Notes under the pieces: model-generated
Seen by the model: the letters and a program-made list of their open reading frames with translations, nothing else
What the model was told of the DNA's origin: nothing
The model's database searches: none
DNA from: a virus
Taxonomy: Duplodnaviria > Heunggongvirae > Uroviricota > Caudoviricetes
Length of the DNA: 64,000 nt
Virus record (IMG/VR): IMGVR_UViG_2609459792_000007
Strand: one strand, 5' to 3'
Shown here: positions 56,461-64,000 of the stretch, piece by piece
Numbering within the stretch: the stretch's first letter is position 1
Layout: the number at the start of each line of letters is the position of its first letter
Position numbers and translations under genes: made by a program

Positions 56461-56811
56461 ATGACCAGCAAAGAGAACACACCACTAAAAGTCACCCCTG
56501 AACACATTGAACAACTCATTCAAAGTGAACATTATTTCACTGCATATGATGCCAGCCACGGGGATAACTTCATCTCTGTTTACAATTCAAAAACAGATAT
56601 CGACAAAGGTCATGAGTCGTTAAAACTCTTAACGTTCTGCGTTATGGTTCTCAAAAATGGATATACCGTAACGGGAAAATCTGCGTGCGTAAGACCAGAA
56701 ATCTTCAACTTTGATGTTGGTCGTGAGTACGCTCGAAAAGATGCTATCGATCAAATCTGGCCCCTGGAAGGCTATCTCCTGAAGCAAAAGTGGCATGAGG
56801 CAAAGCAATGA
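56461..56811 (+). CDS. hypothetical protein (116 aa)
   Basis: ORF with RBS gggagaaataATG; coupled to glutaredoxin gene. Confidence 0.5.
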   Translation: MTSKENTPLKVTPEHIEQLIQSEHYFTAYDASHGDNFISVYNSKTDIDKGHESLKLLTFCVMVLKNGYTVTGKSACVRPEIFNFDVGREYARKDAIDQIWPLEGYLLKQKWHEAKQ

Positions 56812-57053
56812 CGATCACTATCTACGGACGAGATAACTGCTCATACTGCAAACGTGCGGTCGAGCTGGCGAAGCAACTAAAGGGACATGGCTACGGTGAT
56901 TATGAGTACATAGACATCACCACTGCCGGTATCGACAAGAAAAAACTAAGTGAAATTGTTGGTAAACCGGTAGAGACTATCCCCCAAGTACTGATCGATG
57001 GTCAACCGATTGGCGGATACACAGAACTGGCTGCATACGTCAGCACCCTCTGA
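56808..57053 (+). CDS. glutaredoxin-like (NrdH-type) redox protein
   Basis: CSYC active-site motif near N-terminus; 81 aa. Confidence 0.75.
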   Translation: MTITIYGRDNCSYCKRAVELAKQLKGHGYGDYEYIDITTAGIDKKKLSEIVGKPVETIPQVLIDGQPIGGYTELAAYVSTL

Positions 57054-57131
57054 TTTTAACGGCTCACAGGAGCCGTTTTTATTACCACCAAACTCACTCC
57101 CATTTCCCTTAAAATTCAAAAAACAACGTCA

Positions 57132-57164
57132 AAATGATTCCATACCTACTATGTATGGAATCAT
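57132..57164. other. candidate site-specific recombination site: perfect 13-7-13 inverted repeat
   Basis: AATGATTCCATAC-ctactat-GTATGGAATCATT, 100 bp upstream of tyrosine recombinase gene. Confidence 0.55.
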
Positions 57165-57217
57165 TAGTGAAAATGAGTTACTTTTACTCTTGATCCTATA
57201 AGAATCTATGCCTAATA

Positions 57218-57237
57218 TACTGTTTACTTATACAGTG
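57218..57237. promoter_or_regulatory. LexA-box-like sequence upstream of recombinase gene
   Basis: TACTGT-ttacttat-ACAGTG fits CTGT-N8-ACAG; 27 bp upstream of ATG 57264. Confidence 0.45.
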
Positions 57238-57263
57238 AATCGGCGTAACTCGGTGATTGTCAT

Positions 57264-58367
57264 ATGAAAAATAGCTTTGACAGAGCACGCGCTGCGGAGA
57301 ACACCTCAAAAGAGGCGATTGAGTATCTCGAAAGAGCATCTCAAATGCAGGCCGTTATGATCTCGCAGGTTAGCATTGATATGAGATTCTCGGACGCATT
57401 CATGTTATTCACTCGCTTATCTCTGCTGATAACCAGACGTCGGCCAGAGATCGCTGTTCATTGTATTTTGATACATGTTTTGCCGCACATTGCCGATGTA
57501 AAAGTAAGTGACATTAATAGGTTCATGGTGAACCAGCTGGTCAACCCACTAATACTGGATGGCAAAATTGTTATGGGCCGCCGCGTTTTCTCTCTGATGA
57601 AACAGTTCCTTAGCTGGTGCGCCTTCCAGGGGATGATAGACGTGTCACCGTTAAACGATATGTCACTAAACAAAGTTGCCGGTGGCGCAAAGCCCACACC
57701 TCGCGAGCGGAAGCTGACCGACGCAGAGGTATGGGTGTTCTGGAATATATGGGACTACTTCAATGTGTGCGCTGGTACAAAATGGGCGGCCAGGCTGTGT
57801 CTTGTATCAGCAAGACGACCTGACGAAGTACTGCGGGCTAAAAAAAGTGAGTTCAATCTTAAGCGTGGGGTTTGGAATCAAGGCAAGAGAAACAAGTCAG
57901 CACGTGAGCATTCGCTGCCTTTAAGCACATTAATGCGCACATGCATTGAAGAGTTGTTCGAATACGGTAAAGACAGCCAGTGGCTCGTGCCTTCGAATAA
58001 AAAAATCGGGAAAGACCTTCCTATGTCTAAAGTGGCAATAGCCCAGGCATTACGTCGTATTCTGGAACGACCAGAACTGATGGAGCTTGAGCCATTTACA
58101 CCCCGAGATTTGCGCCGTACTGCGCGTAGTTACTTCCCAGCATTAGGCATAAGCCAGGAGGTATCACGCAAAATCATGAACCACAGTCTTGAGGGGATAG
58201 ATCGGGTCTACGACCGGCACGATTATATGGACGAGATGCGAGACGCCTTAGAAAGTTTCTCGACGTACATCGCATCAATCGTAGAGCAACCGGATTTAGA
58301 CGAAATTGACCACAAATTCAAGGGAGATCGTCTATCAACAGAGCTTATTCGTGTAAATTTTTCATAG
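57264..58367 (+). CDS. tyrosine recombinase / integrase family protein
   Basis: C-terminal catalytic-domain-like residues (ARRPDE, DLRRTARSY, MNHS, RVYDRHDY). Confidence 0.7.
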   Translation: MKNSFDRARAAENTSKEAIEYLERASQMQAVMISQVSIDMRFSDAFMLFTRLSLLITRRRPEIAVHCILIHVLPHIADVKVSDINRFMVNQLVNPLILDGKIVMGRRVFSLMKQFLSWCAFQGMIDVSPLNDMSLNKVAGGAKPTPRERKLTDAEVWVFWNIWDYFNVCAGTKWAARLCLVSARRPDEVLRAKKSEFNLKRGVWNQGKRNKSAREHSLPLSTLMRTCIEELFEYGKDSQWLVPSNKKIGKDLPMSKVAIAQALRRILERPELMELEPFTPRDLRRTARSYFPALGISQEVSRKIMNHSLEGIDRVYDRHDYMDEMRDALESFSTYIASIVEQPDLDEIDHKFKGDRLSTELIRVNFS

Positions 58368-58748
58368 AGACTTTATGGCCTCAACAACCTTTTGTGATGC
58401 GCCTTTCTCTTTACCGAATCGCTCGTTATACGCAGCAAGAACCTGTTTTTCGTCCTCGTTAAGAGGAGCGGTGCCTTCTTTGTATAAAAATGCTGCGAGT
58501 TCAGGTTGGCGTTCTTCCAGCACCATCATCATAAGACGACTTGGTTCAATACCCAGCGCCAGCGCCAGCGGACGAACCTTATCGATAGGCAAAGGAATTT
58601 TGCCACTTTTAATTAAAGAAAGGTTGTTGGCATTTTTATAACCAATAAGTCTGGCTATTTGGGCCTGACTCATAGGTGAGGATTCAATCAGCCCTGCGAT
58701 AAAAGCAGCATAGCGACTTTCTATAAATTCAATCTTGTTGTCAGACAT
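58362..58748 (-). CDS. XRE-family helix-turn-helix transcriptional regulator
   Basis: HTH-like segment SQAQIARLIGYKNANNLSLIKSGK in a 128-aa protein. Confidence 0.7.
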   Translation of the reverse strand: MSDNKIEFIESRYAAFIAGLIESSPMSQAQIARLIGYKNANNLSLIKSGKIPLPIDKVRPLALALGIEPSRLMMMVLEERQPELAAFLYKEGTAPLNEDEKQVLAAYNERFGKEKGASQKVVEAIKSL

Positions 58749-58786
58749 TGTTACAACCTTTGCGCGTTTAATTCTCTCTGGTAAGT

Positions 58787-58800
58787 GCTTACCGATATTA
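58787..58800. promoter_or_regulatory. palindrome GGTAAG-TG-CTTACC upstream of regulator gene
   Basis: Perfect dyad about 40 bp upstream of the regulator start; related to family B. Confidence 0.45.
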
Positions 58801-58999
58801 CATCAAAGGTTAGGGTTGTAAAGCTATTATCATTTTTTTCGGCAGGCACTTGTAAGACCGAGCAAAGGTCCATGCATGGAGAAAAACTAGCCCAAAATAG
58901 GTAAGAAAATTAACTTGCATCTGATATAGATGTATTCAGTATTGATACAAATTTTAGTAGTATTCCTTACCATAGTATAAGTTAGAATGGATTGATTGA

Positions 59000-59212
59000 A
59001 TGAAAACCACTATTTCCAGCCTAATCGCTCTTGAGATCGGACACGTACAGAAATTAGCTGATGAGTGTGTAGCTGACATCCTCACCGATCTACCGAATGA
59101 GCAGATTCAGGTTGGTGTGAATGACACAACTGGCTTTATATTCGAACTTAACAACAAACGCTTCACGCTTCTCAATACCGGCTCCGGGTCTTTAGCCGTC
59201 AGAATCTGTTAA
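59000..59212 (+). CDS. possible small protein (70 aa)
   Basis: ORF in AT-rich intergenic region; followed by hairpin ctgcgcgaa...ttcgcgcag. Confidence 0.3.
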   Translation: MKTTISSLIALEIGHVQKLADECVADILTDLPNEQIQVGVNDTTGFIFELNNKRFTLLNTGSGSLAVRIC

Positions 59213-59310
59213 CCCCTCTTCTCCCTGCGCGAATGGCTTAGTTCCCTGTTCGCGCAGTGCTACATTAAACACACTAGTAAATAATTTGTTTTCATAACAA
59301 AGGATTAGCC

Positions 59311-61419
59311 ATGTCTAAAAAACGTTCCATCAAAGAGGTTCAGGACTTCCGTGACAGTGTAAAACGAGTAGTCGCTCTCCTTTCAGGTAAAAACATCCCT
59401 GTTGCAGAACGAGGGGACGACGCTTATGTACGCTATAACGATGATGGAGAGCCAATTCTCGTAAACATCCCATCAATCCCGGATAACGCAACACCGGCAT
59501 TGATGAATGCTGTGCGCGGATTTCTCGATCATGAGGTTGCTCACATTTTGTTTACCGATATTCGTGTGTCCAACAAAATGAGAGAAAAAGGACGCGTTCC
59601 TTCCTGGTCGCTATGGAATGCCTTAGAAGACGTGTTCATCGAGCGAAAAATGGGTCAGGTCTTTAACGGAACAAGACGTAATCTGATGGCAACTCAGCGC
59701 CTTATAATCGAAAAAGTCTTTAAACCAAAGGCTTCAGAGGCTATTGCTTATTGTGGCAAAGATCAGCGCGCGCTTTTTCTAAACTTCTTTCTCTGTCCGG
59801 TTGTAAGAGCCTGGGATGGCCAAGCACCGTTCGTAGATTTCATGGATGAATATTGGCCTGTCATTGAGAAACCAATTTCATTATTAAAAGAACATGGTAT
59901 CGATGTGGCCGTGCGTAACATGTCTTGCACCGAGGATTGTGTAAAGGTGGCTGCGACCATAGCTAAGATCCTCAAAGACACTGAAAGTGAAAGCAAAGGT
60001 AAGGAGTCAGCTCCGGGAAAAACTTCCGATCCTTCAGACGCTGACCAGACGGATGCCTCTGGAGAAAACAATGAAGACAACGAAGATCATGAGACACCCT
60101 CATCGTTAGATAATCACAAATCTATTAAATCAGAGTCACATAGTAAGCACAAACATGATAATAACGACAGTGATGATTCAGATAATCCTGAATCATCAGA
60201 AACAATATTCGATGATACAGAAAATGATAAAGCGGTATCAGATTCTGATGCTTCTGATAACGCGGCGTCAGAATCATTAACCGCTGACCACGAAAAAAGA
60301 AAAACGACAGAAGACGGCTCTTCAGACATTCCAACTCCGTCAAAAATGAGTCTGGAAGAGGCTTTAGAGGAGTTGGATAGCATGGAAGATGAAGTCGGAG
60401 GCATGACAGAAGATGCGCTATCCGAAACGATTAAAAGCGAGTTAACAGAAAGCTCGAAAAGCGAATACAGGCCATACAATCGCTCATACGACTTCATCGG
60501 CTCGATTGATCAGGCAGAAGCCCATATCAAACGGCTTATTAAAACATTCTCCGATATTGATTTAGGTGGATATCCAATCAGCCGTTATCGCATCGTTCCT
60601 GAAGGCAACCAACTCTTCGACAAATATATTGAAAAGCACCTTTCGTCAGGTGTTTCGTCGACGCTGGCAAAAGACCTGGAACGTGCAATAGCAAGCAGAA
60701 ACAGAGTTCAGTTTATACCTGGCCAGCGTCGGGGGCGCATTCATGGTTCAAGTATCTACAGATTAACAATGAATGATGATCGCGTGTTTCGTAAAAAAGA
60801 AGAATCTAAAGCCGTTAACGCCTGTGTTCAACAAGTGATTGATTTATCGGGTTCAATGAGTGGCGAAACGATAAAACTAGCTCTTGCAAGTGCATATACC
60901 ATCGCCGATGCACTTGATCGAATAAATGTTCCCAACATTATCACCGGCTTCACTACATTTGGCAGTCATATGGCAGCAGGAGAACTTAAGGCTATCAAAT
61001 ATGAGTTCTCTCGCTTTGAATCTTTAATGCTACCTATCATCAAAAATTGGAATGAAAAAGCAAATTCTCGCGAAGTTCGCTCACGTATGGGGTGCGTAGG
61101 CTACACATTCCCACTTCTTAATAACGTGGATGGTGAAAGCATAGCCAGCCTTGCATCGTTATTTTCCGGTCGCTTGGAGGACAGGAAGATCATGCTTGTT
61201 CTGAGCGATGGCGCGCCGTGGGCTGTTGGGAGAGGTTTTGACGCCCATTTGCGTTCGGTTACGAAGCAAATTGAAACGCAGACTGACATTGATTTGATGG
61301 CAATTGGCATCATGACTGATGCACCGGAGAGATTTTACGCAAATCATGCCCTGGTAACTAGTGTTGATAGTCTTGGTTCATCTGTAGTTACTGAACTATC
61401 TCGTATCATTTTGAAGTAA
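59311..61419 (+). CDS. CobT-like von Willebrand factor A domain protein with acidic linker
   Basis: MIDAS-like motif VIDLSGSMSG; long D/E/S-rich low-complexity region. Confidence 0.65.
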   Translation: MSKKRSIKEVQDFRDSVKRVVALLSGKNIPVAERGDDAYVRYNDDGEPILVNIPSIPDNATPALMNAVRGFLDHEVAHILFTDIRVSNKMREKGRVPSWSLWNALEDVFIERKMGQVFNGTRRNLMATQRLIIEKVFKPKASEAIAYCGKDQRALFLNFFLCPVVRAWDGQAPFVDFMDEYWPVIEKPISLLKEHGIDVAVRNMSCTEDCVKVAATIAKILKDTESESKGKESAPGKTSDPSDADQTDASGENNEDNEDHETPSSLDNHKSIKSESHSKHKHDNNDSDDSDNPESSETIFDDTENDKAVSDSDASDNAASESLTADHEKRKTTEDGSSDIPTPSKMSLEEALEELDSMEDEVGGMTEDALSETIKSELTESSKSEYRPYNRSYDFIGSIDQAEAHIKRLIKTFSDIDLGGYPISRYRIVPEGNQLFDKYIEKHLSSGVSSTLAKDLERAIASRNRVQFIPGQRRGRIHGSSIYRLTMNDDRVFRKKEESKAVNACVQQVIDLSGSMSGETIKLALASAYTIADALDRINVPNIITGFTTFGSHMAAGELKAIKYEFSRFESLMLPIIKNWNEKANSREVRSRMGCVGYTFPLLNNVDGESIASLASLFSGRLEDRKIMLVLSDGAPWAVGRGFDAHLRSVTKQIETQTDIDLMAIGIMTDAPERFYANHALVTSVDSLGSSVVTELSRIILK

Positions 61420-61432
61420 TTAAAACAGCCTT

Positions 61433-61457
61433 AATGATAAGTAACTACTTACCATAG
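61433..61457. promoter_or_regulatory. family B motif GATAAGTAACTAC
   Basis: Between the CobT-like and CobS-like genes. Confidence 0.45.
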
Positions 61458-61514
61458 TTAATGGTATATTTATATAAGAACTTGAACGCTCATTAGAGAA
61501 CAAAGGAAAAGCGC

Positions 61515-62750
61515 ATGACTACTACTGCACTGCAAAATGATAAAAATCCTTCTGATTACCTTGTTTGCAAGTGGTGCGGCAAATCATTTCACTATTTTAA
61601 GTCCCATGTAGCCAATGGTAATTGCGAGGGCATTCCTGAGTCAGTAAAAGATGCCGATCCTGACACCGTACTGAAAATGTACACAACGCAGTTTCCAGAT
61701 GAACCAACGCTATCGAAAAAGGCACTTGATGCAATTCAAGCTAAACGTGCCGAGCAAAAAAGCGAAATGGCGAAATCTTCTGGCTTGACCAGTAGCCCAG
61801 GCTACACAGGCACAGTTGAGTACAAGACAGATCTGGTCGCAGCTCACGAACTGCTAAACGTAACGGTGGAAGAACTCGGAACAAAACGTGGGACGCCGCT
61901 CATGGTTAGCGTCAACGTCAATACGCCGTATCCAGAGTTCGTTCCAGAAGTGAAGAAGGGCTACGTATATGGCGACTTCGAACTTATCAAAGATATTTTC
62001 ATGATGCTTGAACTTGGCATACCTGGCTATTTGTGGGGTCATGCAGGAACAGGCAAATCGTCATTGCCTACACAGCTATGTGCTTTGCTCAATCGTCCGT
62101 TGATCCGTGCCCAACATACAGCATCAATGGAAGAGGCACATGTTACGGGGCAAATTCTGGCGCGTGATGGCTCTACGTATTTCGAGCCTGGCTTGCTTGC
62201 GCTCGCAATGAAGCATGGCTGGGTTTACCTCGCGGATGAATACGACTTTGCGTTTCCACAAATTCTTGGCGTGTATCAGCCAGTGCTGGAAGGTGAGGCG
62301 TTGGTCATCAAAGAGGCAACTCCAGAATGGCGTCGCATTACTCCGCATGAACGGTTTGCTTTCATTGGCACTGGCAACACAAACGGTTCTGGTGATGAAA
62401 CCGGCTTGTACCAGGGTACAAACATCCAGAACGCCGCGAACTTTTCACGTTTTGGCATCGTTTCGAATGTGAAATACATGAGCAAAGAGGCAGAGATCAA
62501 CATGTTGATAAATGCCGGTATCGTGGATGAATACGCAGAAAAGATGGTTAAGTTTGCCGGTATCGTTCGCGATGGATACGAAGAACACCTTATCAGTCAG
62601 CCAATTGGCCCTCGTGAACTTTTGTTGTCGGCCAAGATTGGAATGATGCGAGGCGACTTTGTGACAGGTATTGAGCGTTCTTTCATTAACAAACTCCCTT
62701 CAGCTTCTGCACAAGCGGCTCGTGAAGTTGTTCAAAAAATATTTGGTTAA
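61515..62750 (+). CDS. CobS/MoxR-like AAA+ ATPase
   Basis: Walker A GHAGTGKSS, Walker B VYLADEYD. Confidence 0.7.
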   Translation: MTTTALQNDKNPSDYLVCKWCGKSFHYFKSHVANGNCEGIPESVKDADPDTVLKMYTTQFPDEPTLSKKALDAIQAKRAEQKSEMAKSSGLTSSPGYTGTVEYKTDLVAAHELLNVTVEELGTKRGTPLMVSVNVNTPYPEFVPEVKKGYVYGDFELIKDIFMMLELGIPGYLWGHAGTGKSSLPTQLCALLNRPLIRAQHTASMEEAHVTGQILARDGSTYFEPGLLALAMKHGWVYLADEYDFAFPQILGVYQPVLEGEALVIKEATPEWRRITPHERFAFIGTGNTNGSGDETGLYQGTNIQNAANFSRFGIVSNVKYMSKEAEINMLINAGIVDEYAEKMVKFAGIVRDGYEEHLISQPIGPRELLLSAKIGMMRGDFVTGIERSFINKLPSASAQAAREVVQKIFG

Positions 62751-62929
62751 TCGTGCGTAAAGGATGTTTCGGCTCTCTTATCGCTGCTTCTGAAACTGGT
62801 AAGGCTTGTCTGGTGTGTCCAGACAAGCCCGATTGTCACCAATCAGCAAAAGAAGTTGCGATTTCGATGCATGGGAAGTTCGTAGGCTTCCCCAATGACA
62901 AAATCAAAAAACCAGAAAGGTAAAAACAC

Positions 62930-64000
62930 ATGAAGGCACTGATGGTTCGAACTGACTTCTCACTTGGGGAGTCGGCTCTAAAAGCAGAAAACGCGGTGAA
63001 GATTGCCAGAGAAGCTGGCTACACCGCTGTAATTTCAGCAGATAGCATGAATATTGCGAGCGTTATTCCACTACAACGTGCCGCTGGTGACGACATGGCG
63101 GTTATTTGTGGTGTGAAACTAAACATTGTTGATGATCCCACATACGAGCACCGGGCTAAACTTGCTAAAGAATCTATGAGATGTATGGAATCATTAGAGC
63201 GGGGACGTAACTACTCGTTTACCGCTCTAATTAAAAATGAGCAAGGATATCGCGACATCTGCGAACTAATGACGGCGGCCAACACACGAGAACAGTTCTA
63301 CTTTGTACCGCGTCTCTCGCTCGAACAGTTGGTTTCTACATATGCCAAAGGCAACATCATCCTGCTTACTTCCGACATCGGTAGCGTGTTCCAACGCAAC
63401 GATTTTGCAAAAATCATAAGCACACTGATTACAGCGGGTGGAAAAGACAACTTCTATAGTGTGGTTTATCCGCACCCTACCCCATTCTACGACCAGATTA
63501 ACGTCCGGGCGATGAAAGTCGCCAGCGCATTGAAAATAGAGCCAGTGGCGTTCTATCCCGCTTATTACGAATCGATCGACGATGCAGACATTAAAGACAT
63601 TGCGCACATGGTTACGAACAACATAAAAATCGACCAGCCGCATCGTCTGCGTATCCCCCACCAGCGAGATAACGCCGTCAATGGTCGCCGCCATCTCCTT
63701 GAGGCGCTTAAAGCCTTCTCCGTTCGCATGGATGTGCCGGTAACAGCTGCAATGGCCTCAACAACGCAGGACTCCATTATCGAAGCCTGTACATGGCGCT
63801 GGCATGAATTGCCACCAGCACTGCCCAAGATGGCAGACGACGAGCCTGCAACGCTGATGAAACTGGCTGTTGCAGGGCTGCGCAAACGTCTTACCACAAA
63901 AGAGTTTGGCTACACACCACCGGCTTCTGAGAACAGGGTTTATGTTGAGCGACTTAAGTACGAAATGGACACGCTTACTCGCCTGGGATTTTGTGGTTAC
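62930..64000 (+). CDS. DNA polymerase III alpha-like protein, N-terminal PHP region (3' end outside window)
   Basis: Open frame from ATG 62930 (RBS aaagg) to window end, absent from ORF track because it has no stop; layout resembles DnaE N-terminus. Confidence 0.6.
   Translation, partial: MKALMVRTDFSLGESALKAENAVKIAREAGYTAVISADSMNIASVIPLQRAAGDDMAVICGVKLNIVDDPTYEHRAKLAKESMRCMESLERGRNYSFTALIKNEQGYRDICELMTAANTREQFYFVPRLSLEQLVSTYAKGNIILLTSDIGSVFQRNDFAKIISTLITAGGKDNFYSVVYPHPTPFYDQINVRAMKVASALKIEPVAFYPAYYESIDDADIKDIAHMVTNNIKIDQPHRLRIPHQRDNAVNGRRHLLEALKAFSVRMDVPVTAAMASTTQDSIIEACTWRWHELPPALPKMADDEPATLMKLAVAGLRKRLTTKEFGYTPPASENRVYVERLKYEMDTLTRLGFCGY

Larger units (their letters stand above)
1240..64000. 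mobile_element. phage-like element (siphovirus-type virion genes plus plasmid-type partition, replication and recombinase genes); extends beyond window
   Basis: Contiguous terminase, portal, capsid, tail, lysis, ParA-like, DnaB-like, primase, ligase, tRNA, recombinase and DnaE-like genes; recurring phage-specific intergenic motifs. Confidence 0.85.

Noticed and set aside
4254-61457. Family B motif read as a sigma70 -10 or extended -10 element
   Set aside because: TAAGTA matches TATAAT at only 2 of 6 positions and the motif's distance to start codons varies from 12 to 70 nt.
59311-62750. Functional cobalt chelatase for cobalamin synthesis
   Set aside because: No CobN-like large subunit or other cobalamin pathway genes are present in the window.

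Overview
The window opens inside the 3' two-thirds of a methionyl-tRNA synthetase gene (metG, Escherichia-type, recognised from the translation) and from about position 1240 to the window end is phage-like DNA that continues beyond 64000. From sequence alone this reads as a large temperate siphovirus or phage-plasmid-like element; no database search was possible, so all product calls rest on motifs visible in the translations. Layout: (1) 1240-6540, an array of small, often acidic genes built from recurring promoter/operator/terminator modules, plus an 850-bp A+C-skewed non-coding tract and two clusters of 22-bp-spaced GGAAACGG repeats; (2) 6700-11731, an AT-rich minus-strand block (secreted protein, lipoprotein, SF2 helicase); (3) 11814-45681, a plus-strand morphogenesis block (two ParB-N-domain proteins, ABC-type ATPase, terminase small and large subunits, portal, scaffold, major capsid, Ig-like decoration protein, major tail protein, G/GT chaperone, tape measure, lambda-like M/L/K/I/J tail tip, 1385-aa fibre with C-terminal S74-type chaperone, lysis cassette with overlapping spanins); (4) 45858-54091, a ParA-type partition pair, GIY-YIG protein, DnaB-like helicase, primase, ATP-dependent ligase; (5) 54088-64000, small membrane proteins, four tRNAs (Asn, Tyr, Thr, Ser), glutaredoxin, a tyrosine recombinase with a perfect 13-7-13 inverted-repeat site about 100 bp upstream and a LexA-box-like sequence, an XRE-type regulator, a CobT-like vWA / CobS-like AAA+ pair, and the start of a DnaE-like polymerase. 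The strongest unexplained signals are two intergenic motif families (GAAAACAA-N-TTGTTTTC and GATAAGTAAGTA), the lox-like site beside the recombinase, a duplicated 55-bp palindromic element, and the small-gene cassette array next to metG.
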